Shown here: positions 27,556-36,301 of the stretch, one piece after another | Numbering within the stretch: position 1 is the first letter of the stretch | Layout of the letters: every line of letters begins with the position of its first letter | Source of the DNA: Minisyncoccales bacterium | Lineage (GTDB): Bacteria; Patescibacteriota; Minisyncoccia; Minisyncoccales; Minisyncoccaceae | Direction: 5' to 3' | Length of the DNA stretch: 64,000 bases | Assembly (NCBI GenBank): GCA_049302755.1 | Contig: JBAQMK010000004.1 | Location: forward strand, 36,392-100,391 | The notes under the pieces: model-generated | The model's database searches: none | The model's input: only the letters and a program-made list of their open reading frames with translations | What the model was told of the DNA's origin: nothing | Made by a program: the position numbers and the translations under genes

Positions 27556-28317
27556 TTATTTCTTCTCGTGTTTCATTTTCGCGACTACCGCATTCTTTCT
27601 GTAATTACAAAAATCACACTCGGAATTCATTTCCGGAATCTTGTCGCTCATTAAGCATTTTTTAATATCCATCAAAGCTCCTTCTATCCAAGAGTCGTCT
27701 CCGGTATACGGAATAACCTTGATATCAAATTCTAATTTCTTGTCAAAATAAGGCTTACCCGTATCTCCGTTGCAATAAACAAAATATCCGGTCGGAGAAA
27801 CATCAAATCCGTTCTTCCTAAAAAGCCATTGATAGATTTCCATTTGTCGCTTGTATCCTCTCTGCCACTCGGCATCCAAATTGACTTCGCTGGTCTTGGA
27901 AGTTGCTTTATAATCGACAATAATTACCTCCCCTTTCGGATTAATCCAAATATCATCAATCGCTCCAGTAATCAAAAGATTGGTCGGAGCATGCAAATAC
28001 TCAATTCCTTTAAAAGTATTTCTCCAAGTATCAATATCTTTGTGCTGATATGGAATCGCATCAATGCCAAATTCCTCGATAAAAGGATGAATGGTCTGAT
28101 CTTTTCTGTATAAATCAAATTCTTTTTTTAATAAAGAATCGACAGCACTGTTTAAGGTAAAAGGAAAACCGGGCGGTCGGCCCACTCCTAATCGCCTATC
28201 CAAATAGAAGCACTGCGGACATTCCATAAACAAGTCGATTTTGGAACGGCTCAACTTGAACGGAGTTTTTGATTCGGGATTGAAAATATTATTTGATTTT
28301 TTGTAATATTGTGACAT
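27556..28317 (-). CDS. PD-(D/E)XK nuclease, Cas4/AddB-like with terminal Cys pairs
   Basis: 253 aa with GAIDDIW...IIVDYK (D...D/ExK), QMEIYQW, an N-terminal CPQC and a C-terminal CDFC. Confidence 0.7.
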   Translation of the reverse strand: MSQYYKKSNNIFNPESKTPFKLSRSKIDLFMECPQCFYLDRRLGVGRPPGFPFTLNSAVDSLLKKEFDLYRKDQTIHPFIEEFGIDAIPYQHKDIDTWRNTFKGIEYLHAPTNLLITGAIDDIWINPKGEVIIVDYKATSKTSEVNLDAEWQRGYKRQMEIYQWLFRKNGFDVSPTGYFVYCNGDTGKPYFDKKLEFDIKVIPYTGDDSWIEGALMDIKKCLMSDKIPEMNSECDFCNYRKNAVVAKMKHEKK

Positions 28318-28327
28318 GTAATATATC

Positions 28328-28885
28328 TTAACTTAAAAGAATCTTGATTGCCTCGTATTTGGGTTTAATTATTTTCTTTGAATTTTCAAAATTAAGCTGA
28401 TTCCATTTATTTTCAAGCTTTCTTCTTACCGCTTCTTTGGCTTCTCCCTGATTTAAATTTTCATAAATGAAAGCGGCTTTGAATATTCCCGGAACATTGT
28501 CGAAATTGCTTAAAGCATCGGCATCGGCAATTATCTTTTCTTCGATGCTCAGCGGATTATTCTTTTGTGAACCACGATGGTTTAAAATACAATTCTTAAC
28601 CATTTCTATCTTCTCAATTGGATAATTCAATTCTTTTAATTTTTCTTCGGCGATCTTTGCTCCGGTAAGATGATGGTCTTCTCGGCCATAAATGACCGAA
28701 CCGATATCGTGGAGCCAGGCCGAAATCTCAACCACCTCTTTGTCAGCCCCCAATTCCTCGGCTAATTCAAGAGCATATTTAACCGTCGGAACAAAATGAA
28801 AAGCAAAAGGCTCCTCGCCATATTTACTGCTTGGCTTTAGTGATTCTTTCTCAACAAAATTTCTGACCTCTTCAATTATGTTCAT
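28328..28885 (-). CDS. HD-domain phosphohydrolase
   Basis: 185 aa with H...HDIG (AWLHDIGS) and downstream HH/DAD residues. Confidence 0.8.
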   Translation of the reverse strand: MNIIEEVRNFVEKESLKPSSKYGEEPFAFHFVPTVKYALELAEELGADKEVVEISAWLHDIGSVIYGREDHHLTGAKIAEEKLKELNYPIEKIEMVKNCILNHRGSQKNNPLSIEEKIIADADALSNFDNVPGIFKAAFIYENLNQGEAKEAVRRKLENKWNQLNFENSKKIIKPKYEAIKILLS

Positions 28886-29219
28886 CTTTATTCAACAAGA
28901 AAAGCGCTCCTACCAACAATAAAGGAAAAGATATTAGCATAAAGGTATCTAATCTTTCGTAAGTTCCGTAGAAAAAACTGAAAGCGATACCTAAGATTAT
29001 AAAAATAATTCCTCCGGTTCTTGTCTTTTTCCAAGCATAAGCCAAAGAAACGATAAGAAGGATAGTTGGGATATTATGCATCAAGAATCCTCCCATTTTC
29101 TCCAACGCTGTTGCGGTTGAATTAAAAACATCTAGAGACAAAAGAACAAAGAAAGAAATGTAAACGATAGTTAATACTCTAGGAAGCCAAACGGTTAACA
29201 TTTGTTTTGCTTTTATCAT
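28872..29219 (-). CDS. small polytopic membrane protein
   Basis: 3-4 TM segments. The start is uncertain: ATG 29219 (MIKAKQML...) or ATG 29315. The stretch between them is an AT-rich run encoding KKIIRIIKIIKNN. Confidence 0.5.
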   Translation of the reverse strand: MIKAKQMLTVWLPRVLTIVYISFFVLLSLDVFNSTATALEKMGGFLMHNIPTILLIVSLAYAWKKTRTGGIIFIILGIAFSFFYGTYERLDTFMLISFPLLLVGALFLLNKDEHN

Positions 29220-29398
29220 ATTATTTTTTATTATTTTTATTATTCTTATTATTTTTTTCCTGTTCGGACTTCTGAGAAGATTTACCTCCCTTATATTTGC
29301 CCACTTGTCTTTCATAGGAGTTCATCTTCCCGATATTTCTTACTGGATGCCTTACAAATAATGTCATGTCTCTATTATATCTCTAAAAACAAAAAACG

Positions 29399-29416
29399 CC
29401 AACAGTGTCGGGTTGG
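29399..29416 (-). terminator. second of two tandem intrinsic terminators after the 88-aa ORFan
   Basis: Minus strand reads CCAAC-8 nt-GTTGG then CGTTTTTTGTTTTT. Confidence 0.55.
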
Positions 29417-29427
29417 GTATAAAAAAA

Positions 29428-29441
29428 AGAGGTTATCCTCT
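29428..29441 (-). terminator. first tandem intrinsic terminator after the 88-aa ORFan
   Basis: Minus strand reads AGAGG-ATAA-CCTCT then TTTTTTT, starting right after the stop codon. Confidence 0.6.
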
Positions 29442-29708
29442 TTATTGTGTTGTTCTTTTTTCCATTTTATCCAAGTCCATTTGATGGGCTCGGCTTCTTT
29501 TGTTTGCAAGCTCAGTATAATAAGCTTTTCTTTTTTGAGGAGTCATTTTTAATGCTGCCTCAACATCCAGGTTTAAAGATGGATGAAATTCGTTTCCACG
29601 AAGCCATACATTGAACCATAGCCACCAATAAGCTTTTTTCGCAATTGCCGCTACGGATCTTTTAGCTGACATTAGCCAGTGATATATTTTAAATAGCAAG
29701 GGAGACAT
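29442..29708 (-). CDS. hypothetical protein (88 aa), Trp-rich, own cassette
   Basis: ATG preceded by AGAGGAA at 5-nt spacing. Has its own promoter and tandem terminators. No domain recognised. Confidence 0.45.
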   Translation of the reverse strand: MSPLLFKIYHWLMSAKRSVAAIAKKAYWWLWFNVWLRGNEFHPSLNLDVEAALKMTPQKRKAYYTELANKRSRAHQMDLDKMEKRTTQ

Positions 29709-29750
29709 TTTAATTCCTCTGGGTTGTGAACGAACACAAAACCTATTTAA

Positions 29751-29779
29751 AAAATATAATTAATTAATAATTTTGTCAA
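29751..29779 (-). promoter_or_regulatory. sigma70-like promoter for the 88-aa ORFan
   Basis: Minus strand reads TTGACA-17 nt-TATTTT. Confidence 0.4.
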
Positions 29780-29822
29780 GCATGAAAAAAGTTCCAAAAT
29801 TATTTATGGTTATCATAAAAAG

Positions 29823-29837
29823 CCTTACAGAATAAGG
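29823..29837 (-). terminator. intrinsic terminator after pyrH
   Basis: Minus strand reads CCTTA-TTCTG-TAAGG then CTTTTTAT. Confidence 0.5.
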
Positions 29838-29877
29838 ATTTTTGGATTTGCAGAGCGTAAAGGATTCGAACTCTTAA

Positions 29878-30588
29878 TTAATTTACCAAAGTTCCGAACT
29901 TCTCCCCTTTTAAGGCTTTGGATATATCTTTAATGTTTTCAATATTAAATACGATAATCGGTTTTTGATTGTCGGAACATAAGGCAAAAGCCGTTAAATC
30001 CATAACATTCAATTTCTTTTCTAAAGCTTCCTCAAAAGTTAAATTATCATATAGCTTAGCATCGGAATACTTTTTTGGATCCTTGTCATAAACTCCATCA
30101 ACATTGGTTGCTTTTAAAATCAAATCGCAATCAATTTCGCAAGCTCTTAAAGCTGCCAAAGTGTCGGTGGTGAAATAAGGATTACCGGTTCCGCCGGCAA
30201 AGACAACCACCTTACCCTGATTCAAATAATCAACCGCTCTCTTTTTGGAAAAAGATTCGCAGACCTTATCCATCTCTATCGATGACATTAATTTCGCTGG
30301 AACATTCAAAGATTCCAACGCTTCTTCTAATCCTAAACCATTGATAATAGTTGATAACATTCCCATATAATCGGCTGTTACCTTGTCAAAATGTTCTTCT
30401 CCCACTTCACGTCCTCTGAAAATATTCCCCCCGCCGATAACAACGGATAAATCAATATCGTTCTTCTTTTTAATCTCGGCAATCTGTTTAGCTATTTCCA
30501 AATAAGAAATCAGAGAAACTCCTTTGCCGTTTTCTTGGCCGAATGACTCCCCGCCTATTTTCAATAAAACTCTTTTGTATTTTTTCAT
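29878..30588 (-). CDS. pyrH: UMP kinase
   Basis: 236 aa with VLLKIGGE N-terminus, VIGGGNIFRG and an amino-acid-kinase fold. Confidence 0.95.
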   Translation of the reverse strand: MKKYKRVLLKIGGESFGQENGKGVSLISYLEIAKQIAEIKKKNDIDLSVVIGGGNIFRGREVGEEHFDKVTADYMGMLSTIINGLGLEEALESLNVPAKLMSSIEMDKVCESFSKKRAVDYLNQGKVVVFAGGTGNPYFTTDTLAALRACEIDCDLILKATNVDGVYDKDPKKYSDAKLYDNLTFEEALEKKLNVMDLTAFALCSDNQKPIIVFNIENIKDISKALKGEKFGTLVN

Positions 30589-30617
30589 TTGAGGTAATAA
30601 AAATTATTATCACCGGT

Positions 30618-30646
30618 ATTATATTCTATTTATTAAAACCAGGCAA
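30618..30646 (-). promoter_or_regulatory. sigma70-like promoter for pyrH
   Basis: Minus strand reads TTGCCT-17 nt-TATAAT. Confidence 0.5.
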
Positions 30647-30661
30647 ATAAAAAAAGGTATG

Positions 30662-31138
30662 CTATTTGCAAACCTCATCTTTTTCGATTACCTCGGTCAT
30701 TCTGAAGATACACCAGTTGAAAAGTGTACCAGAGTACTTAACTTTGCCGAAAGCTTTGATATCTTCTTTTCTTTTAAAATAGAGAGTACCGAGCAAGCAA
30801 GAAGAATAATCGCTCCCAGGAACACCCCAGTCAGGATTCATGTTGTCGTTGGAAAAGGAATAAGATCCTCTTTTACTCTTTGTTAAAATATTCAGAGCTA
30901 AAAGAACCGAATAAACATACTGTCTGATAGCTTCGCGAGCCCGATAGTCGGCAATGTTGACAACTTTTTCCATTTTCTGCCAGTCGACAATAATTTTCCC
31001 GTTCTGCTTTTTTAGAATTTTAACCAAATATCTTTTATAAGCCTTGAAAGTTTTCTTAGTCTCCTCCTCATCACACCTTTCTAGGGTATTATCCATAGGG
31101 ATAACGATCTTTCCGCCCTCAACAGTAATCTTAAACAT
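30662..31138 (-). CDS. hypothetical protein (158 aa), own cassette
   Basis: I prefer ATG 31136-31138, preceded by AGAGGT at 6-nt spacing. The track start at 31144 is TTG. No domain recognised. Confidence 0.5.
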   Translation of the reverse strand: MFKITVEGGKIVIPMDNTLERCDEEETKKTFKAYKRYLVKILKKQNGKIIVDWQKMEKVVNIADYRAREAIRQYVYSVLLALNILTKSKRGSYSFSNDNMNPDWGVPGSDYSSCLLGTLYFKRKEDIKAFGKVKYSGTLFNWCIFRMTEVIEKDEVCK

Positions 31139-31173
31139 AGTCAAACCTCTTTAAATTTAAAAAATCTAAGGAG

Positions 31174-31202
31174 AATATAGCAAAAATAGGAATATTATGC
31201 AA
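31174..31202 (-). promoter_or_regulatory. sigma70-like promoter for the 158-aa ORFan
   Basis: Minus strand reads TTGCAT-17 nt-TATATT, with TGC upstream of the -10. Confidence 0.4.
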
Positions 31203-31208
31203 TCAACT

Positions 31209-32189
31209 CTAATCTTCTGTCGTCGTTGCCAATTGTCCACAAGCTGCCTTTATCCCTCTTCCGAATTCGTATCTTTGGGTGGTAAAAATTCCTTCTTTCT
31301 CCAAATACTCTTTAAATTTCTTAATTGTTTTAGAATCCGAAGCTTTAAACTTTCCTGTCGGATTATAGACTATCAAATTAACCATGTATAACGGTTTTTT
31401 CATTATCAAAGCCAATTCTTTGGCACACGATAAAGAATCATTTTCTCCTTTTATCATCAAATACTCAAACATTACCTTTCGTTTGGTTTTTAAAATATAA
31501 TCATCAACTGCTTTCAAAACATCCTTTAAAGGATATTTTTTATTCACCGGCATTAACTTGCTTCTCAATTCATCATTGGGAGCATGGAGAGAAATGGAAA
31601 GATTTACCTGCAAATCCTCGTTAGTAAATCTTTCGATTCCTTCAATTATTCCCGAAGTGGAAACAGAAATTTTACGGCTGCCGATATTGAAATATTCCGG
31701 ACTGTTTAAAGTATGAATCGCCGCCAGCACATTATTGTAATTCAAGAACGGCTCTCCCATTCCCATAAAGACAATATTGGTCACTTTCTCAATTCTCATA
31801 AATAACAAAACCTGAAGAACTATCTCTTCAGCCGTTAAATTCCTCTTCAATCCCATTGTTCCGGTGGCACAAAAAGAACAGGCCAAAGGACAACCGACCT
31901 GAGAAGAAACGCAAACCGTGGAACGGTTATCAGTGTGCTTCATCAAAACCGACTCAATCTTCAATCCGTCCGATAACTCAATCAAAGCTTTGAGGGTATT
32001 CCCTTCGTCAAACATTTTGTGTTTAATTATTAAAGGACATTCCTTTTTTAATTCTTCGCGCAAAGATAAGGGCAAGACCGTCGCTTGATCCCAATCTTCG
32101 ATTAAATCCTGAAAAATCAGCTTGCGCACCTGCTTAATTCTGTATTTAGGCTGAGATTCTAACTTTTTTTCAATTAAAGACAAGTTCAT
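31209..32189 (-). CDS. rlmN: radical-SAM 23S rRNA/tRNA adenine-C2 methyltransferase
   Basis: 326 aa with CPLACSFCATG radical-SAM cluster motif and a C-terminal conserved Cys (AACGQL). Confidence 0.9.
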   Translation of the reverse strand: MNLSLIEKKLESQPKYRIKQVRKLIFQDLIEDWDQATVLPLSLREELKKECPLIIKHKMFDEGNTLKALIELSDGLKIESVLMKHTDNRSTVCVSSQVGCPLACSFCATGTMGLKRNLTAEEIVLQVLLFMRIEKVTNIVFMGMGEPFLNYNNVLAAIHTLNSPEYFNIGSRKISVSTSGIIEGIERFTNEDLQVNLSISLHAPNDELRSKLMPVNKKYPLKDVLKAVDDYILKTKRKVMFEYLMIKGENDSLSCAKELALIMKKPLYMVNLIVYNPTGKFKASDSKTIKKFKEYLEKEGIFTTQRYEFGRGIKAACGQLATTTED

Positions 32190-33277
32190 TATTTGTTTTC
32201 TATCACCTTAACTTCTTCCTTAGTCAAAACGTTTTCGTTCTTTATTTTATCAACGATGGTTGAAAGTTTTTTAGTTCTGGTAAGCGACACTTCGTCGAAC
32301 TGGGTCGAGACCGCCCTGATTTTCTTACCCAAAGAATCAACCTCTTCGTTGTATTTATTGTATTCAATTTCGAATTTCTTAATCAATTTGATGATCTCGT
32401 GAAGATTCTCCTGATATTTGAAACTTTTATACGACTGGAAAACCATTCGTAAAATGGCGGTAAAACTGAAAGGTCCGGCCAAAACAACTTTTTTTATCAT
32501 GGCATCATTCCAGGCTTCATTCATCTGGTCATAAATGAAACTGAAAATCATTTCATTGGGAACGAATAAAATAACGAAATCAACCGTATCTTCTTCGGGA
32601 TTAATATATTCACGTCCCGATATTTCTTTTATTCGGTTTTTTACATCCTGCTCGAAAGCTTTCTTGAACTGCTTTTTCTTTTCCTTGTCTTCTTCGTCGT
32701 TAAATTTAATGAAATTATTCAAAGGAAATTTAACATCAATATTTATTTTTGTTCGGTCGGGTAAAAAAATAGTGAAATCGGGACGATTGGCATTATTATC
32801 TTGGGCAGTATTGGCTTCGTAGTTTTCTCCTTTAACGAATCCGATTGTCTTTAAAAGATTCTCGGCAATCTCTTCTCCGTATTTTCCTCTCAATTGATTA
32901 TTCGACAAGACATTTCTTAATCCTTCGGTTGAATCTTTCAAACTACCGGTAACAGTCTTGTATTCTTCCAAGACCGTTCTTAAAGTATTAAATTCTCCGA
33001 TTCTTTCTTTTTCCACTTCATCCAATTGCTTCTTACTCTTATCCAATTCTTCGTGAACCCGATCAATTAAATCTTTAATCGTGTCTTTGTTGTGTTGAAT
33101 TGATTCGCTGATTATCTCTTTTTTAGAATCAAATTGCTCTAATAATCTTTTTCTTTCTTCTTCAAATAATTCCTTGCTTCTTTTGACGTTCTCGTTCATC
33201 AATTTTTGAAACAAAAGATAGGTAAAAACAAGAATGATAAACAATGAAGCTATTAAAGTGATGGTTTCATTTGTCAT
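32189..33277 (-). CDS. rmuC: DNA recombination protein RmuC
   Basis: 362 aa with N-terminal TM segment, coiled coil and RPDFTIFLPDRTKINIDVKFP core. Confidence 0.85.
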   Translation of the reverse strand: MTNETITLIASLFIILVFTYLLFQKLMNENVKRSKELFEEERKRLLEQFDSKKEIISESIQHNKDTIKDLIDRVHEELDKSKKQLDEVEKERIGEFNTLRTVLEEYKTVTGSLKDSTEGLRNVLSNNQLRGKYGEEIAENLLKTIGFVKGENYEANTAQDNNANRPDFTIFLPDRTKINIDVKFPLNNFIKFNDEEDKEKKKQFKKAFEQDVKNRIKEISGREYINPEEDTVDFVILFVPNEMIFSFIYDQMNEAWNDAMIKKVVLAGPFSFTAILRMVFQSYKSFKYQENLHEIIKLIKKFEIEYNKYNEEVDSLGKKIRAVSTQFDEVSLTRTKKLSTIVDKIKNENVLTKEEVKVIENK

Positions 33278-33291
33278 ATATATTCAATATA

Positions 33292-34491
33292 TCACACTTT
33301 CCTCTTTTGCAGGAGAAACACTTTGTCGTTTTTTCGAACAACATCTTTGAAAACAATTGCCACTTCTTCTCCTTTCTTTCCTTTTTGTATATTTTTGTTT
33401 TCGATTTGTATCGATTCAACTGCTTGCTCAATATAGGTATTATTTCCTTCAATAATAATCTTGTCTCCGACTTTCAAATCCAAATGATTTAAAGTCACTG
33501 AGCCCGATTTAACGCGAGGATAATAATGAGTGATATAGCCGACCAATAATTTCTTATCGGTTGAAACATTGTCCGCTTTATCATAGCTAATTCCCTCTTT
33601 TCCCGGAGTTCCGAAATAAAAGCCAGTCGAAAATCCTCGATTATAAACCGAACTCAATTCTTCCTTCCATTTCTTAATTTTTTCAACGGTAAATGTTTTC
33701 TCAAAATACGCATCAATCGCTTCCCGGTAACATCTCGAAACAACTTCAATATATTTAGGATCCCTTCTCCTTCCTTCAATCTTAAAAGAATCTATCCCGG
33801 CTTTGATTAATTCGGGAACGAATTCAATCATGCATAAATCTTTGGCACTCATGAAATATTTTCCTTCGTTTGAAATCGCATTACCTTCTTCATCCGACAG
33901 CATCCATTCTTTTCGACAAGGCTGAGCGCAACTTCCGCAGTTAGCCGACTTACCGTATAGATAGGCCGACAAAATACAACGGCCGGAAATAGCCATACAC
34001 ATTGCTCCGTGAACAAAAACTTCAACTTCAATCTTTACCTTCTTTTTTAATTCCTTGATTTGCTTCAAAGTCATCTCTCGAGCCAAAACCACTCTTTTCG
34101 CTCCCAGCTTTTTATAGAATATTGCTGACTCGTAATTAGAGATATTGGCCTGGGTGGAAACGATAAAAGGCAGCTTGATTTTCTTGGCTATCTGGATAAC
34201 CGCCGGGTCCCAAACGATAATGGCATCCACGCCCTCTTTTTTGGCCTTTTTAAGCAGCTTTTCGGCTTTTTTGATGTCCTGGTTATAGACTACAGTATTG
34301 ACCGTCAGATACCCTTTTATGCCATATGAATGGCATTTCTTAATAAAGGCAGAAAGCTCTGAAGCTTTAATGCCCGAAGCCGCTCTCATACTCAATTCAT
34401 CAACGCCAAAATACACTGCATTAGCATAGTTTTTACAGGCTTCCAAGCTGGCCCAATCACGGATCGGGCTCATTAATTCTGGTTTCTTCAT
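33292..34491 (-). CDS. U32-family peptidase-like protein
   Basis: 399 aa. TIM-barrel-like N-terminus (PELMSPIRDW...AVYFG) and a Cys-rich centre typical of the U32 family. Confidence 0.8.
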   Translation of the reverse strand: MKKPELMSPIRDWASLEACKNYANAVYFGVDELSMRAASGIKASELSAFIKKCHSYGIKGYLTVNTVVYNQDIKKAEKLLKKAKKEGVDAIIVWDPAVIQIAKKIKLPFIVSTQANISNYESAIFYKKLGAKRVVLAREMTLKQIKELKKKVKIEVEVFVHGAMCMAISGRCILSAYLYGKSANCGSCAQPCRKEWMLSDEEGNAISNEGKYFMSAKDLCMIEFVPELIKAGIDSFKIEGRRRDPKYIEVVSRCYREAIDAYFEKTFTVEKIKKWKEELSSVYNRGFSTGFYFGTPGKEGISYDKADNVSTDKKLLVGYITHYYPRVKSGSVTLNHLDLKVGDKIIIEGNNTYIEQAVESIQIENKNIQKGKKGEEVAIVFKDVVRKNDKVFLLQKRKV

Positions 34492-34529
34492 ATTTAAAAT
34501 TTATCATATTTTGGTATAAAAAAATAGGG

Positions 34530-35435
34530 TTAGAGATAGTTGCGTTTTAATGGATAAGCTGCTTCCAGCTTTTTTGCAACTAGTTCATAACTCCATTTAA
34601 TTTTTCCCATGTCTTTGTTTTGTCGGAACAATTCCTTGCTGAGTTCCTGCCATTTGGAGGTTCTCAGTCTCCAGCTGTCATTATCAATGACATCGGCGAC
34701 GAGCAATTCTCCGTCTGGTCCGATTCCGAACTCAATCTTGAAATCAATGAGACGCAGATTGAGAAGAATCAACGCATCCTCAAGGATGAGGAATGTTTTG
34801 CGGGCAATGCCTTCAATCTCTTCGATTGACACTCGGTCCGGTAGAATATCTTCTGGAGAGAGCGTGCAAAGGAACGAGAAAGAATTAGTGCTCGGCAGCT
34901 TGGGATGATTGATTACCCAGTCCAAAGACTTGGGATTAATAATCAGTGGATCATCAATCGGCTTGCCAGTCTTCTGATCAACCAGTTTTTCGATTTCTTT
35001 TCCTTTTTTGGAAAGAACGACTCCTCCTGTGGTCTTCAAGAAAAACTCGACATACGGTTCATCGAACTTTGCAGGAATCTTGCCCGAATTTTCAAGCCAA
35101 GGATTGCGCAAAAGAATACTGCCAACGGCATACCTTCTTCCCACGACTTCAAGAGGAATCATTTGGCATTTCTTTGCCAAAAATTTGGTCTCGCTGATTC
35201 TCTTCTGATAAGCAACGGGTATCCCGGCGCTTTTCAAAAGTTCAAAGTTGATGCAAGTAATGGTCGTCGACAATTTTGCTTTGTCGATCATTTTTCTTGT
35301 TTGTGTCGGATCATCATTTTTGGTGATATCATCTTTGTTTTCGATGATTACCAAATCGTCGTTTTTAACGACCCCATAGACCTTCTTGGTCTTCCCTTCG
35401 TTCAGTAGTTTTCCTTCTTTGGTCAAGATAGCCAC
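34530..35435 (-). CDS. purC: SAICAR synthetase-family protein (PurC-like), GC-elevated
   Basis: 301 aa with GTG start. EGKTKKVY, IENKDDITKND, IPLEVVGRRYAVGS and LVADVIDNDSWRL match PurC blocks. Spot GC is 48% at 34681-34740. Confidence 0.7.
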   Translation of the reverse strand: MAILTKEGKLLNEGKTKKVYGVVKNDDLVIIENKDDITKNDDPTQTRKMIDKAKLSTTITCINFELLKSAGIPVAYQKRISETKFLAKKCQMIPLEVVGRRYAVGSILLRNPWLENSGKIPAKFDEPYVEFFLKTTGGVVLSKKGKEIEKLVDQKTGKPIDDPLIINPKSLDWVINHPKLPSTNSFSFLCTLSPEDILPDRVSIEEIEGIARKTFLILEDALILLNLRLIDFKIEFGIGPDGELLVADVIDNDSWRLRTSKWQELSKELFRQNKDMGKIKWSYELVAKKLEAAYPLKRNYL

Positions 35436-35477
35436 CTAGCCCTTCAACGTATTAAATTGTGTTAAAAAGCTGTCTAT

Positions 35478-35505
35478 ACTATACTATTAATTAAAAAGTT
35501 GTCAA
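35478..35505 (-). promoter_or_regulatory. sigma70-like promoter for the PurC-like gene
   Basis: Minus strand reads TTGACA-16 nt-TATAGT. Confidence 0.5.
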
Positions 35506-35524
35506 TAAAAAAAGAGGGTTAGCA

Positions 35525-36220
35525 TTAGCTTAATTCCTCTATTTCTTTTTTGTATACGCTGGGTGGAAAAATCCTCTCAGCCAGATATTTAGAGTCTTTA
35601 ATTAATTCACTCCCCTTAAAAATACTGGCAGTTTGAGGGGTGATACCTTCCCCTACCCAAACGGGAACGATTTCCTTGCTTTCTTCGTCGATCTCCATTC
35701 CGAGACCAATTTCGAAATATCTTAAATTAAGATTTCTTGATTTAAAATAATTATTGATAATCTCAGCGGCAGAAAGAGTCCTTTCGGTTGCATCGAGAAG
35801 AAAATGAGCTGGATTCACCCTGTATTGTTTGTGAAGCGAAAGCCAATTTTTTAAAACACTAACCGCTTCATAGAATTTCAGTGTCTTGTCGGTTTGAAAA
35901 ATACAATCGTCTCCTGACAAGACACAACTGATAGGTATTTTATCAACCCTCCTAACAAAAAGAACTCTTCCCAGATGAACCATCCGGTCCTCACCTGTGA
36001 TCTCGCTTAAAGCGACAATTCTTGATTGAGAAGATTCTTCAATATTGTTTCTGATTCTCTTCCTCACCAGGCTTTTGGTAAACACGGTGAGCGCTCTCAT
36101 AGCAATACCATCTCCGTTCGTGTATTCTTTTAAAACAAAACTTTCGACTGTTTTAGAATGATTCGGAGTCGTGTAGTAACGGCAAAATTGATCTTTACCG
36201 ATAAGAGTAAGGTTTTCCAT
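35525..36220 (-). CDS. hypothetical protein (231 aa), GC-elevated
   Basis: ATG preceded by AGAGGT at 4-nt spacing. No motif recognised. Confidence 0.5.
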   Translation of the reverse strand: MENLTLIGKDQFCRYYTTPNHSKTVESFVLKEYTNGDGIAMRALTVFTKSLVRKRIRNNIEESSQSRIVALSEITGEDRMVHLGRVLFVRRVDKIPISCVLSGDDCIFQTDKTLKFYEAVSVLKNWLSLHKQYRVNPAHFLLDATERTLSAAEIINNYFKSRNLNLRYFEIGLGMEIDEESKEIVPVWVGEGITPQTASIFKGSELIKDSKYLAERIFPPSVYKKEIEELS

Positions 36221-36233
36221 AATGACCTCTATT

Positions 36234-36250
36234 CAGTTCTCAAAGAACTG
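36234..36250 (-). promoter_or_regulatory. perfect 7-bp inverted repeat (CAGTTCT-3 nt-AGAACTG) upstream of the 231-aa gene SD
   Basis: Read directly. Lies 8 nt upstream of the SD of the 231-aa gene. Candidate operator or 5'-UTR hairpin. Confidence 0.4.
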
Positions 36251-36286
36251 ACTATATAATCTATATAACAATTATAATAAAAAAGC

Positions 36287-36301
36287 AACGGACTTGCCGT
36301 T
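36287..36301 (-). terminator. intrinsic terminator after obg
   Basis: Minus strand reads AACGG-CAAGT-CCGTT then GCTTTTTTATT. Overlaps the obg stop codon. Confidence 0.6.

Noticed and set aside
29849-29875. tRNA-like 3' fragment on the minus strand just after pyrH (AAGAGTTCGAATCCTTTACGCTCTGCA, with a T-loop-like GTTCGAATC). It could be a tRNA gene or an integration-site remnant.
   Set aside because: The T-stem has a mismatch. No matching 5' acceptor strand, D-arm or anticodon arm lies upstream, where the sequence is the pyrH coding region. No CCA or direct repeat copy was found elsewhere in the window. I treat it as a chance resemblance unless a tRNA scan says otherwise.
34609-35408. Cluster of plus-strand ORFs in the track (34609-34908, 34620-34829, 34905-35408, 34946-35197, 35008-35208), along with many other 60-160-aa ORFs antisense to long minus-strand genes throughout the window.
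   Set aside because: They overlap well-supported genes on the opposite strand, lack promoters and SD sequences, and have low-complexity translations. Their density here reflects the locally higher GC, which gives fewer stop codons.
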